Assembly: GCF_009834535.1 (NCBI RefSeq)
Contig: NC_045696.1
Span: 25,298,001-25,362,000, forward strand
Length of the DNA: 64,000 nucleotides
Direction: 5' to 3'
Origin: Camelus ferus
Lineage: Eukaryota
Made by a program: the position numbers and the translations under genes. Every line of letters begins with the position of its first letter. Positions within the stretch are counted from its first letter, which is position 1. Shown here one piece after another: positions 24,257 through 38,409 of the stretch. The notes under the pieces are model-generated. The model was not told the origin of the DNA. It did not search any database and saw only the letters and a program-made list of their open reading frames with translations.

Positions 24257-26523
24257 CAAAGTATCTGAAGAATTAGACTAGGGATAAAAATATTCTATGA
24301 CTTTAGTTATTAATTACTCATTTCTTACTTTTTATTAAGTCCTATATCTCCCCTCTCTAATGTTGGGAAATCATTATTATCACTATAATTTTACCCCATT
24401 ATTTAAATTTCAGTTTTAGTTGTAGAACAATATGAATGTATTTATAGTATTTTAAAACTTGCAAAATTCTGGCATACTCATGTAGGAAGTAGTGCAGTAA
24501 GGAAAAAAGAAAGCAACGTTGTTGTTCAGAAGTAATTTATAATGTGAGATTGTGAATCTGGAAACTGAACAGTATGAATATTCATGCAAAATGTAGAATG
24601 TTCTTTGTACTGTGTATAATCACCACTTCTGTTTTTCATTTGTTTAAATTATTTAATCTCCATCTGTATGCAATAAATAGACTTAATACCTTATCTTCCC
24701 TGCAACTGAAGAATACATTTCAAAGCCAAGTCTGAAATGAGTATTTTTTTCTAGAAGTTCAAAAGATTATGAGAGTATTTTTTAGATACAGAAATGAAAG
24801 AGTATGCTTAACAACTATACTAGGATCTGTTGAAAAATTCACTTGTGTTCTCTAGTGCTATTTGAAAAATAGCATTTGAGAAATTCAGCAAAATGCATGT
24901 GAGAGTTTGATAAGAAAAACTTGGCTCTTGAGAATAATAGACTTTTCTTAGTCTTAGAATTTATGAACTGAGTATATCTTATCCACAGCCATTTTGTCTA
25001 ACTTTTATTCAAATTCACTGTTTTCACTTTTAACCTCAAAATTTTATTTTAGTTATCTATGTATTATTCATGTAATGTGTTTCCGGCCATGTGATTAAAA
25101 TACCTTGAGATATTATATAATATTTATTTAAAATGCATTTTTTATTGGATGACAAATGGGGGAAAAATAGAGCTTTGAAGTGTTCTTCATGTTAGAAAAT
25201 AGGTAGAAAGTAGTTGTTGGTATGTAACTTACAGAGAGAATACACACTTTTATCAAAAACGGGGAAAGCCCAGGAAGCAGAGTGCTGGTCCATTGTGGAG
25301 AATATAGCTTCAGCATCCTGTATCCTTGATGAAGTCATAACACACCTGTGAGCAGAGCGATCTGAGAATGCAGGGGTGCCACCACCCTTATCAGGTGTGT
25401 TTGCAGGTTCCGTTATGTGTGTCCTGGTTAGTTCCTACCCCTCTCCACTCCAGGGAGAAGATTCATTAGCCAAATTCCACTAAGCAGAATTTGTTAGGGA
25501 ACTTAAAAAGGAAATAAGGATTTCTGAAGAGGTTGTTGAATTTTAAGAAGTGAGATACATTGACAGTGATGAAATGCCTTAGATATATTCTTACAGGGGT
25601 TCATGAATCCATAGTTAAGATGGTGTCAGCACTTCCATTATAAGCTACATTTTCAAAGGGTTTACAACTGAGCTATACAATTTTTGCTTCAGGATGGATC
25701 ATGAGCTAACATTAGGCCTCCATCTGAGAGCAATTTCATTTTCTTCGTTTTCAAATTCAGACCTTCAACCTTCAGAGTTACTTGAGTTGTTTAAAAAAGA
25801 GAAAAAAAAGAGAGTAAAATACAGTTGTGTTCACAGACTTCGTTACTTGATAAAGAATTAAAATTTCAAAATAGAAATTCAGAAAGTGATGAGCGTTTAC
25901 AATGAAGTCTGTTTGCTTAAGTCAGTTAAAAGATTATGTGAATCAAATTGTGACCTTGATCGGTTAAGACTGGGAATCTTTTATCTGTTAAAGTTTTTTG
26001 TTTGGTTAAGATACCAAGGTCATCCAAACTATTTCTGAAAAGGAAAGAAAATAAGTGCATTACAGCTAAAGGCCATTACATTTTCAGAGAGTAGAGCATT
26101 CATCTGGGCTTACACCTCATCTAAAGTTCTTCTTCAGCCACGTAGAATTTAAGAAAAAGAACCAAAGGATCACAATTCTACAGTTATAATGTAAAAATCA
26201 AATCAAAGATTTAAAGTCCTGAACTGGAACCTTAAAAACCATATATACCTTCACCAAAAAAAAAAAAAAAAAAAGAAATTTCTATAGTGATTCCACGTTA
26301 GGTTTTTGAAAGCCATTCATTAAGTAGTATTCAAAACTTGGTCTATCAATAGGAAAAAAATATTATATATATTATATGTAATACACAGATTTCAACCCTC
26401 TAGGAACTTGCAATTTATAATTCTTTGGACTTTATTCTTTTGGTGGGGTGGGGAAGTTAGGGGGGTGAACTTTCTTTCCCTTTAACAGCTGTGTCTCCAA
26501 ATAAGGTAAATGACTACAATGCT

Positions 26524-26550
26524 AAAAAAAAAAAAAAAAAAAAAAAAAAA
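26524..26550. repeat. poly(A) tract (others at about 5258, 26256, 31875; (CT)n+poly(T) at about 26800-26835)
   Basis: Direct observation. Confidence 0.9.
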
Positions 26551-28354
26551 CAGCAAAACTAAACTAAGGTTGGGCTTGGTGCTGTTTCAGGGTGTGGGGA
26601 GAGGGGTAAAACTGCAAATATACAAATTATATTCTGAAGTCATTCTATTCTTCATTTCGTACCAAAACCCATTATTCAGGGTAAAACTGGTTAAGCTTAG
26701 CTCCAGCATTCAGTCTGTTCTGTAAATCACTTATTAACTTCTGGATGATTATACTGATATGTTTTATGTTTCTTTGCTTTGTCTTTCCATTTGTGCCCTC
26801 CTCTCTCTCTCTCTCTTTTTTTTTTTTTTTTTTTTAATGAGAAAGCAACTGGCTTTCAAAGTACAAAAATTGTGCCTAATCCTGAGTTTGTGGTATCTCA
26901 AAGTATCTTCAGCTATTGAAGAGCCAAGACAATGTGCTCTTGAAAATATAAATTTCAAATAACCAACCTAGGAACTTTGGTGTATAGAAAGGTATGTTGA
27001 TATGGTCTAGGAAAAGTCTATGCTATAGGATTAAAAGGGGGAAGCAGCTGTACTTGATAATAGGGATAAAATAGTGTGAACCCGTTACTTTCTAGGCAGG
27101 ATGTGGTTTATACTTAACAGATTCATTATGACATTTAGTCCAAATTCTGCTTAAAAAAACTATACATCAAATAAGTACCATATATGCTTCACATTCCATT
27201 ATGTAATGGAGTTCTTTTGTAGAAATAAGTAGGATGTTATCCAATTAATAGTATGAAAACACAAGAAAAAAACTGTATACATTTATGAATAATATTTATG
27301 TGAATAGCTACAGCTTGAATTCTGTCTCTGTACAAAAGGGCAAATCAGTAAGCCTATATTCTTACATGAGAACATTTTTGTTTAGCGTTGCTATTCAGGC
27401 AAATATAAAGGTTTAATGAGTTAATTCAGTACTGTCAATTTAGAGCTCTGGACATTTTGCCAGAGTAAGTATAGAAATTCATTCCTTCTGTCAGTTTATG
27501 AAGAGTTCACCACATAGACTATTAGGATAGGCCCTACATATGCTTGGTGGGATCCCTTTCGTATCAGTGTCAAAAGCTCTGTCATCAAAGAAGTAGTTAT
27601 CAAGCTGGGCAAAGTCCAAGATTATGTTCTAGAGACAGGGGCACATCATGAATTCTCTAATGTAATAGTTGTCAGCTAATAAAGAATTTATTTTAGGGCA
27701 ACCAGAAATGTAACTGAAGTGCCTTCCAGAATCCATAGGGGCCGAGAATTGCTTCTGGCTAACTAATACGGATTTTCGTTTATCTAACAGTGTCCCATTC
27801 ATGTTTAGGGACAGCACGGACCAGTGCAGAGACACTTGCAGGGATTTAGGGCTGAGGTTGTTGATTGCCAAATTTGATGAGTTAAATCTGATGCACTGTT
27901 AGATAATTTGCTAATTGTGCATGTCCACTCAAGGCCCCCAAAGATGTTATGATGGTAATTTGTACATTCAATGTGGAACAACATGTACTGTACTATTAGA
28001 AAATGTTTTATGTCCATCTACTATATACCCATACTGTGCTTATATAGTACAGTAGGAAGCCTAAAATATAGACATTCATTCAAACAAATATCTTTTGAAT
28101 GCTCTCAAGAGAAACATAATTTAAATGATCAGAGAAGACAGGCATAAAGAAACATTTGGAAAAACAACTAGTGTAATAAATGAGCTGTAAATTATGTGTA
28201 TCTAGTTTTTTAAGGCTTTGAATTAATAGTAGATATAAAAGGGGAAGATTTTTTAAATGATAATAGCTACAGTAATGAAGATAGGGAAATAGAGAGTTCT
28301 ATGCTATATATAGCTGAGCGGGTTTTTAAATTTTATTTTATTTTTCTTTTTTTA

Positions 28355-28548
28355 AGCACATTCTCTGTGCTAGGCTCTGTGTTGTGTAAATTTATTTGAT
28401 TTCTGTAATTTAATGCTTTCATCAACCCCATCCAAAAGCTACTGTTACTGTTATCATCCTCATTTGCTACATGACAGTAACAACCTGACTAAAGTTATCA
28501 AGTAATGTATTTTTGAGCCAGACACCTGACCCAGGCCAGCAATGTGCT
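28355..28548 (-). mobile_element. MIR
   Basis: aagcacattctctgtgctaggctctgtgttg...tttaatgctttcatcaacccc...gttatcatcctcatttg...aacaacctgactaaagt. Confidence 0.65.
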
Positions 28549-30014
28549 ACATTTGGGGGACAGTCAAGTACCCAGTATAATTCCAATGGACAGCGTGTTG
28601 AGAATCAGTTAGGTACAGCTTTGAGAGTTGAGCAGAGAGTGAAGTGGAATTTATAAAATTGGAAACCAGTGACCACTGCAGGTCTTGGTAAGACAAGTTC
28701 TATGAGGATTGCAATATTTTGGGAACAAAACATGGTACCAACTACCTGGGTAATTTTTCAGATACCCAGCATACTTTAGAACTCTGTAGAATTCCTGCTT
28801 CATTACATAAGCAAGATTTACAATTTTATAGCTTAAAAACAAAAGCAGTGATACAAAATCATGTCCTAGAATAAAAGTTCAAGTTGTGATTTGATCTTCT
28901 TCTCTCCTGTGAAGAGTTTAATAATGTATAATGTCACTATTGAAGAAAACTTTTCACTGAAGACTATTTATTTGCCTAATATGGGTCTTGTGCAAAGCAT
29001 CTTCTTAAAAGGTTTATTTGACAGTTCAGAATAATTTGTATCAAAACTATTAAGTGGTTTTTTGTATTACCACTGTGATAAATTAGTTTGTGGATGCATG
29101 TATAAATTAGTATATAAATGTATATATGAATATATCCTGTATATAAAAGGTCCATCATTTATAATGGCAAATTTACCTGTGAGTGTAAATTATGTGATTG
29201 TGACATTTATCAGCTATTTATCAGTTATGTTGCACAAAACATTTTTGTAGAAGTTTCATAGAGATATAAACATGTTGCTTGAAGCCTCAATATGTATGTT
29301 CTAAAAAGAGTTCTTCATGTTATAATTAAATTACTGGATGATCTTTAGGATTTGCTGTTATAATTTTAAATGCCTTATGTATGCATAAAAGCATCATTTT
29401 ATTCATCTGTTTGAAGAATCTAAGCAAGTGGATGGGTACATTAGGTAAGTCATTTGGGATTGATGGCATATTTTTCCAAAGCAAAATTTTAACTTATAAT
29501 AATTAAGTTTAAAATCATGTGGTGAAGCTACAAGAAGTCAGTTTTACTTGTAACTGTCATTTGCTTTCAAGTAGATCTGACTGGATTATTAAGAACTAAA
29601 GGATCAAACAGATGTACTGGGGAGATGCATTCTTAAGTATCCTATTGTAGCTTAAATCCTTATAATTTTGATTACAAACATTTTGGCTTCAGTATCTTAC
29701 AGATACATTTAAAGTTAATGAAAACAACATTATGGCATGGTAGCTCACACTCATTACACTTATTTAAGAGTATCATCAAGAAATAACAAAGATATCAAAT
29801 TTCCGCTTACATCTCTCCCATTTACTAGCTACACACTTTAAGGGAAGTTGTTTGATTTATGTAATTCTCAGTATTCTAACAATGTTATTTTGTGTGGAAC
29901 AAATGAGAGAATATACATAAAGTAACTGGCTTTTCAATAAATATTTTCTTCAAAAAATTAAATATATTCAAACGTTTTACTTATTATCAGCACACACACA
30001 CACACTAAAGGTTA

Positions 30015-30130
30015 ATTGCTAACATTTACTGAGGACGTCTTATATGCCAGCATTTTGTCAATGCTTTCCATGCATAATCTTATTTAATCCCATGTCTGTG
30101 TATTGAGCCCTACTTTTTCTTACTTTACAA
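30015..30130 (-). mobile_element. MIR 3' part, preceded by (CA)n at about 29990-30005
   Basis: gctaacatttactgaggacgtcttatatgccagca...atcttatttaatcc. Confidence 0.6.
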
Positions 30131-32419
30131 CTCAAATAGCCAAATCTGTTTTTTTCCCCTCTCTTCATTTGAATTCATCAATCTGTACTGTAGGCTCATT
30201 AAAGATGCACAAATGTTAGATGCGTTTTTTAAAACATTAGCCAAATAAAATGCAATCACTATTCAACATGCTAATAAATCAAACACTAACAGCACATCTG
30301 GTTTAAAATAAAGACAAGTGTGTCCATGATTAAAAGGGCATTTGGAAAACATTGCTAGTGTAGGAAAAAACAAAACAAAAGCAACTATATTTTTAGGAAA
30401 TCCAACAAGATATGCTTAGGTGGCATGAAGATTATCGTTCCCATATAGTATATATAAAACTGGAGTATTCACAAGGGCAAAATTGGAATTGAATGAGCCA
30501 GGTCCAAAACCAGATGGCAAGAAAAAGTTTCAAGCTGTTTCATTTGGAAATTGATTTTTAGATTTCCACGTGGTGCATTACATTATAAGTTCAAATTAAT
30601 TTTAAACTTTTAATTTTTCATATATATCTTCCTGACTCCTAGCACACTCTCTCTTGTCTGTCTTGTTGCCAGTGAATCTAAAATGAGCACCAGGCAGCTT
30701 TTCACTCTACATTAAATGCACACAGAAGAGCACTTAACTGTGTGCATTTTGAACCCCTCTCAATGAAAGTTTTAAGAGACAAGAAGCTTTTTCTACTCCA
30801 GGGTCACTATTAGTGTGAATAATGCATACACATGGAGAAATAGTAGAAATTCTACCGAGGATTGCAGCGTAGCTTGAATAAAATTATCTATCATTATCAC
30901 AACTGATAAGTTTGGTACAACAGTGAACCTCATATTATAGAAAATTCAGTGCCAATGCCTTATGTTTTCCCATCCCATCAGAGCCTAATTTAAAGGAAGA
31001 AACTGACAGAGAAAACATGGGCGCTTAGGGAAGTACTCTGAGGTGTCAAGAGTTAAACACTAAGCAAGAGAAAAGTAACTTCTCTATCCTCAAAAACCAC
31101 AGGGATGGATACAATGCTGCCGAGACAGGACGCATAATGCTCTTCCTTGAACTGAAGCTTTGTGCTCTTTTCCAGTCAGGACTCAGTTAATAGGTTTGCT
31201 TGTGTACACCTCAAATAGACAATGAAATTCATTATTTTTAAAAAATATACAACTTCTAAGTTAGGATGTTTTTTAAACGTCCCTGTAAATGGCTGTTTGG
31301 AAAGTTGATACGGCAGAAAAGTGAACAGGGATGTCCTCTCTCTTTAACCAACTGACAATTGCTTTAATCCTTTAAACTACCTAATAGCATGTGTGCTATG
31401 GGTTAATTATTTGGGACTATGTAAAAGTAAATTACATAAAGCTTGTAGATGTAAAATCATGCCTAAATGTCCAAGTGAATCTGGACATTTTTGAAAAGTA
31501 CATGAAAACAGGAGTCTTTTATTGATGAATAAAATAAAATTTGTTTTATCTCAAGTGAGACCTTTTTCCCCTAAAATGCTTTTCTCCCATTTGAGGAGGA
31601 AAAAAAAAAAAACAAAAAACTCACAAATGCAAGTTTCCTTGTTATCTTCTATGATCTGAGAATGTGTTTCCTGATAAATGAAGATTTAATGTTAATAGAA
31701 ATATAACACAAATAAATCAGTCTCAATATGAAAGCCTGTGAAACAATCTCAAATGCTCTTAAATGTAATATTGTATTTAATATTACACTGCAAACTCATG
31801 TATTTTCATATTTCAGAATATAACAGTGGGTCACAGTCTTCATTAGAAGTGTCAACTATTTGGGTACTAAAGCAAAAAAAAAAAAAAAAAAGGAACCAGT
31901 TAACAGAAGTTCAATCATATTAGAGGTTAAACTGAATTTATTGTTTTCTAGATATGGAAATAATTAAGTTAATAAAATCATGAATATGGTGAGAAGGAAG
32001 TCTGATTATGTTCTTCTTACCCAATATCCCCTTAGTTTAAATTGATAAGTAATTAAAAAACTACCTTTTAAATGTTTGGGAGTGTTAGGTACCAGGCTAT
32101 ATTCATAAATGGAGATTGATTATAGCCTGGATTTTAGACCTTTTCTAAGTCCGAGACTATTGTGGAAAATACATGTCCAACTGGTTGAGGAATGAACCCT
32201 ATGTCTTTAAAGATAATTTCAGGAAACTTAGGTAATCAAGAACAAAGCATGTTGGAAAACATGAAAAAGATTTTAATATTGAATGTTTGCTGACACTGAA
32301 TATTTTATTCTGCATGCTCTGGAGTTCCTTGGTCTTGGCAAATAGTTGATTACCAGTTTTAGTAATTATCATAGTGTTAGCAGAGATTATATTCTAAATA
32401 AGCGTATAGGCTCAGATCA

Positions 32420-33070
32420 ATTTATTTTCCATTTAGTTAGTTTCTTGTCAATGTAGAAATGTTGGAAATAGGGGGACAGGGTTAAAGAGAATTTCAAATT
32501 ACCATAACCCCTGCCCATAAGAATAGTCACTTTAATCCAGCCCCTTAAGAATAATCACTTTAACTCCATGCAGTACTTTTCTCCTATTTATTTTCCATAT
32601 TTCCCATATTTAAACCTACCCATGTATGCATATGAACACCAAGAAAAATATAAAAGCTATATCCACATATATACACACACATTAGTAAACATGGATATTA
32701 CATTACATAATGCACATATATAAAATTTAGAATATATTTAGACAGAATTATCTTACATACGTAATTTTTTATCTTATTTTCTTTTCCTTAATTTATGTCC
32801 CATTTTATACTATTATTCTGCTGTAAATATCTTTGAGCACAAATCAGATCAGTCCCTTGGCAGAATTTCGAGGAGTAAGATTATTATCTCAAAGATCATT
32901 TTAAGGCTCTTGATTCATAATGCCAAAGAGCACTGCATAAAGGAGTATAAATTTACAGGCTGACCCAAACTGCATTTGAATGCCTAGTGGAATGCACTTT
33001 TAAAGGTATAGAAAATTAGCATTTATTTTTTTAAATTGATATACAAATATAGAATTATATATCAGCTTTT
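32420..33070 (-). mobile_element. Old L1ME-like 3' fragment
   Basis: tgtagaaatgttggaaata...taaatatctttgagcacaaatc...ttttaaggctcttgat...tgccaaa...aatttaca. Confidence 0.5.
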
Positions 33071-34325
33071 TAAAAATTATTTTTAAATAAAATTATTTTA
33101 ATTTAAATTTAATAGTATACTTGAATTTTATACATATAGTTGTTTATTAGCTATGCATAGCTTACATTTTATGTCTCCCTCCAATAATATTCAAAGTGCA
33201 TATTTTCATTTTCTTTCTAATTTAACTACATAAAAATTGTTTTCAAATTTAAGAATAATGATCAGTAGTGTCACAGTTCAAATATCATAAAATGCAGAAC
33301 TTCATTAAAAAATCATTTCTTGATTCTACACACCAATATTTATTAATAAGAATCTTTTATGTACTCCAAGTGGGTGATGATGGTTCGAGCACAGTGTGAT
33401 AAAGTCCAGCTGCATAAGTATAAACCTTTCAGGTTAATTTTGAATGACTTAAATCATTCATATTTTTAATGACTTCAAACCATTTCATGTGAAAATATCC
33501 TAGTTTAATCAACTATCATGAGGTGAATTTTAGAAAAAGTAGATAAATCCCTATTTTGGCTATATTCATATGACATGCAGATTTTAGGAAGGAAATTGTC
33601 TAAATGTTATGCTTTTAAAAACAGTGGAATAAAGGACATACAGACAATGGTGAATAGGGTGTTGAGAAGTTTGGGACACTTTTCTTATGAGGAATGTGAA
33701 AAAAAAAAAAGTAGAGGCAGATTAGCCTGGAAAATGGGGAATCATAACTTTTTTCAGAGTCATGTGGAAAGACGGAAAAAGACAGTCTGATGCTTCAAAG
33801 AGAAAGGGAAGAATTGCCTTAGGTGCTTAAATGTGTGTTCCACCAAAAGGAAAAATTAAAAAAGGAAAAGAATAAAGAAAGGATAATAAACCTTAGCTAA
33901 ATTAATTGACACTTTTAAGAACACTCAGATTTCAGATCATTCGTTATATAATGCTCTAATGACTATAATCATCTGAAAATCACCTGTCTTATCTTGTGGA
34001 CATTGACATAGGTTATCACCAGAAGTTTGAAGGGATCACGTGTGCACACCTGCTAAGAAAGATTATCACTATATTCCCATTCAACTGTCAAATTGTATGG
34101 TTATATAAAATAAAGCAGAATTATGTTGAATATGCTGTTATATCATTTGAAAATACTTCCAGAAGTATTAACTGTAGCAATTGGAAAATTTGATAACATT
34201 TGAGCCATATATATTTTTCAAATTTCTCTTTCGAGAAATTTTTTCTAAACTAGTATGCTAATGTCATAGTATAAAGTATATAATTTTATTTTTATAAGAT
34301 ATGCCATTAATTGTCATAGAAGATC

Positions 34326-34798
34326 CGTAGCCTCATAAGGGTTGGCAAAAAGTAACAAGACTCTAAAAGAAATGACTAAGCCAGCAAGCAGATTGGTTTG
34401 CCAGAATTCTGCAGTCCCCAGAAGTAGTCAGGAAGGCTCAGGGAATCAGAGCAGACCAGTTAACAAACTGTACACTCCCCGCACAGCATGGTAAGCAGAG
34501 GAGCATGAGTGTGAGAGCTCCATTTCCCCTGCCCCCAAGTCCCACAGGGTGACACAACAGGGCCAGGTAGTGCTGTAGCAAAGGAGCCCAGGGCTAGGGC
34601 CTCAGTGTCTTTTATAGCAAACAGCAAACATGCCATTTCCCTTCCAGGAGGACGAAGTGGTGGGAAGGTCATCTTCTTGCTCTCTTTAATTCCTACATGC
34701 AGGAACAGCTCGGAGTCAGGAGGCAGCTCTGCTTCGTGGTTTGGCACACTCAGCAAGGACTTGCAAGAAATGGGGTTCATGGTCGACTGTGGTCTACA
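34326..34798 (-). mobile_element. ERVL-type solo LTR (MER74/LTR53-like group; name uncertain)
   Basis: (t/c)gtag...ctaca ends, minus-strand TATA (cttttatagc), and the motif cccctgcccccaagtcccacaggg shared with LTR40-like copies. Confidence 0.6.
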
Positions 34799-34950
34799 AA
34801 TTAAGAGAAACTTTAAAAGCAGTTTCCCTCAGGTTAAATACTTATTTCTAATTGGAGAGGAGAAAAAATAATAATAATCCACTCTGGAGCCCTTTCTTCC
34901 AAACCCTCTACAAAGTCCTTGTGACTTTAGGAGCAACAATGCATTTCTTT

Positions 34951-35010
34951 CTTTTTTTTTTTTTTTTAACTTTTTTTTAATTGAGTTATAGTCATTTTAC
35001 AGTGTTGTGT
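34951..35010 (-). mobile_element. 60-bp extremely truncated young L1 with a 16-bp TSD
   Basis: poly(T) + attgagttatagtcattttacagtgttgtgt (matches 10567-10597 with one difference), flanked by aacaatgcatttcttt at 34935-34950 and 35011-35026. Confidence 0.93.
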
Positions 35011-37870
35011 AACAATGCATTTCTTTAAGACATCATGTAACTCATTGTGACTACACTGGAGCATTTTCAGAGATCCAACTAGCAAAAGAATCTGGATTTC
35101 AGGTATCCAATTTATCATGTAAAATACATACTATACCTCCAAAACACTTATCCTAATATTGGAATGTGAAAACACAGTACTTTCAAATAAGTATCAGTAT
35201 CAATATTTTCTTACATCTATGTAGGTTTTTCAAAGCCCATGTTTGAAACATGATGATAAAGTAATAGAATGCACATAAGAAATGTACACTTCTTATATGT
35301 ACCTGAGTGGGGTCCTTTGGAGGGGAAACTAAGTGAAGTAGATTCCCTATGCGTTTAAACACCTTACAGACTAAGGAAGAACACAAGGTAGAACAGTACG
35401 ATGCATATTCACAGGAGAGGGGGAGTAAGCCCAGTTAATTGCAGGGATAAACAAAGTTCATAACTAATCAGTGTGACAGAAGGAATAATTGATGTGACAG
35501 AGGAAATGAAGGGGATTCTTTAATATCAGGAGGCTAAGCCTGACTATGACTTCCACAAGGATTTTTTTTGCACCACAAATAAGTATTTCTTGAAGTATAA
35601 TTACCATGCCCGTATGAGTATATGAGCACTCTAACTCTGCTCTCTTTATTGTTGCCGTTCTCGCAGTGTCATTTAGGAATGTCTTAATACTTAGTTTCAT
35701 AACAAATATAAGTGAAAAGGACCTTTTCCATTTTGCTTAAGTAAAAAACGTGTTTCTGTAATTAATAATATAATAATAGTATAATAATAATAATGTTGAC
35801 TTTTTTAGAGTTTCAGAATCTAAATATATTCTCCATGTTTACAACATTTGTGAGAAATAAAATAAAAGATCATCATTAAGAGTAATTTGTATGAAGAAAT
35901 CAAGGTCTGACTTTCAGTGGCCCATCCTCATAGAAATTCTATTTCGGTTGACTAGATCCCATCGATTCATTTTGATACTACCTATAAATGAAAATACCAA
36001 ATGTCTTTAGCTTTGTCAGTGAAGAAGTAGTTTGGGCTTAACAAATCGTTCAGTGTTGTCTATTTGGAAGCTTCGTGACATATTAAAGCAGTTGTTGGGG
36101 AACAATTTGTTGTGGGGTCACATCTGATTGATGGTTTACTATCTACCACAGCCTCATCTGCTGCGAATATTCCCATAATAAATGTTCATTGCTAGACAGT
36201 GTTAAATGTGCTCTATCTAAATCATCCGTTACTTATAACAAGTTTCAGTATATATGAATCAAATATTGCTTATAGTTGTCTTCAGTAGGATTTATCATTT
36301 TTGAACCTTTTCTACCACTTTAAATGGAATAACTAAGATACAGATTTTTGAATGTGTTTGAGCCCGCGGGTGGTATTGTACTAAGAATTCAGTCATAAAG
36401 TAAATACTAAGCCAATTATCTTGAAGAATAAAGATAAAATGTGGTTTTGTAGCTTTTTTTTTCCTGCTTCTAAATATAGAAGTTATATATTTTATAGTAT
36501 GTGTTCTTAGGAAAATAAATAAAATACAGGGCAAATTAAAAAAAAATACCATTTGTGAAAATCTCATGAGGGAACTTGCTTCCAGCTTTTAGGAATAACT
36601 CATTTTTTACATGTAGCCACTCCAGCAGCTTTGACTCTGGAACGGTCTTTCAACTACAGGCTTCTATTTTTTATATATAACCTCCTTTCATTGCTACTAA
36701 ATCTAACCTTAATCTCAACCTATTTTCTTCCTTAAGGTCTTTCACTCCATCTGGCTCTTGTTTCTTTTATGGCTCAAAGTTCTTTGTTGCTTGGTTTTAA
36801 CCCCATGATTTGATGTTCTCAGCCCATGTTCAGTGTTTATTGATATCCAAGCATCTCTGCATCAGCCATTCCATGTCAAAGCCCCTGCTGCAAACCCACA
36901 TCTAGGGAAAAACTAACACTCGATATTTTGTTCTATATAAATAATATCTAGATGATTTAAATGGATAGTATATTTTCTGACATTTATATGTTACTTGAAC
37001 TAAGAAAACTCTTGAGATTATCTTAATGAACATAAAAATGAAAATAGGAATCATAGGTTTTATATTTTGATTCCTTAATTTCTAATGTGAAAGGCAAAAC
37101 TGAAAGTCATCTTTGTGTTTCATGCATGAAGAAATTTTGAGACGAATGTCTCTTTGGTCCCTTCCCTAAGGTCATATGAAGAGGGACTCATGGTCTCAGG
37201 CAGGGAAAGAGCCAGTGATAATCCTGTGTTACACTGATTTGCTTTATATTTTCTACAAATTATAAGTATAAACAAGGGTGTTTTATGATCCAAAATTTAA
37301 GACCATTCCACATCTGTTCATTTATTCTGAACAAAACAGCATTTTAAAAATCAGTATAAATTACTCTAAAATTTTATTTGATTAATAATATAAAATTTCC
37401 AGGGAAACATTATCAAAAATTTCAAAACGAAGGTATTTGCCCTCTTATATTTTCAAACTGCTAAATTCCATTTAATCACATTTCTGCTTAGCCTTCTGGG
37501 ATTTATCTCTTGCACAGAACTTAAGAAATATCTTTCTCATTGTCTTTTTCACATAGACAATATAATCTTGATGAGGAAAAAGCTGTTTACACATTTCTGA
37601 AACTGTTTCATATTAATTCAATCTTTGAATAGAGACAGGAGAAAATCTTTACCTTCTAGCCAAAGAGTATAATTTAGGACTTTCCACTTCTTTACACCCA
37701 CATAAAAATAGGTTTTTTTCCTTGAAAATATATTTAGTGCATTCCAGATGATTTTTCCATAATAAACATAGTAAAACTTTACGCTGGATATCAAAATAGG
37801 TTATATAATAGAAGACAGTTCTGAGTAGAGTAGGAAATTCTGCAGTTTTGTTTTTGCTGTTGTAGAGTGA

Positions 37871-38055
37871 AGTGATTTTCCAACTTCAGTGTGCATTCAA
37901 ATCATTTGGAGGGCTTGGTAAAACAGACTGCTGGGTCCTGTTCCCAGAGTTTCTGACTCAGTAGGTCTGAGGTGAGAGCCACGAGTTTGCTTTCATAATA
38001 AGTTGCAGGTGATGCGGATGCTGTTGGTCCTTGGGTCACACTTTTAAAACCAGTA
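37871..38055. mobile_element. MER5A (hAT-Charlie)
   Basis: aatcatttggagggcttggtaaaacagactgctgggtcc...ccagagtttctgactcagtaggtctg...caggtgatgcggatgctgttggtcc...cacacttt. Confidence 0.9.
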
Positions 38056-38059
38056 GTGT

Positions 38060-38272
38060 ATTGGAGTTGGTGTCTGGAGTAAGAAGTCTTGTTTAAAATC
38101 ACATAACAACCCCGTGACCTTGGATAGTTTATATACTCTCTCTGGAACCAGTGTTTCAAAGTTTGTAAAGCAGAAACCATGCTACCTGCCTGAGAAGGTG
38201 GTTGTGATCATTGAAATACTGTATAAAAAAATGCCAGCAGCAGGCCGTAGCACATATTAGCTATGCAATGGT
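38060..38272 (+). mobile_element. MIR
   Basis: tctggagt...gtgaccttggatagttt...ctctctggaaccagtgtttc...ctacctgcct...ggttgtga...gcacatattag. Confidence 0.6.
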
Positions 38273-38409
38273 TTTTAACTCTCTTTTCTGAAGATGTGTT
38301 ACTGTGTAAGTCATGATTTTTGTGCTGAGTAGATGAACAGGAAAAAAAAATTCTTTGAGTTCTCTGCATGTCTAGCTTTCTGTAAATTAAGAAAAATTGC
38401 ATAGTTTTG

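Noticed and set aside
27808..27828. REST/RE1-like motif (also partial matches near 28580 and 46545)
   Set aside because: Spacing or one half-site departs from TTCAGCACCnnGGACAG; these are chance-level matches.
29349..29451. Isolated + strand GTAAGT donors (about 29446 and 50588) as internal exons
   Set aside because: Acceptors are weak or arbitrary, the bodies are AT-rich or MIR-like, and there is no coding signal.
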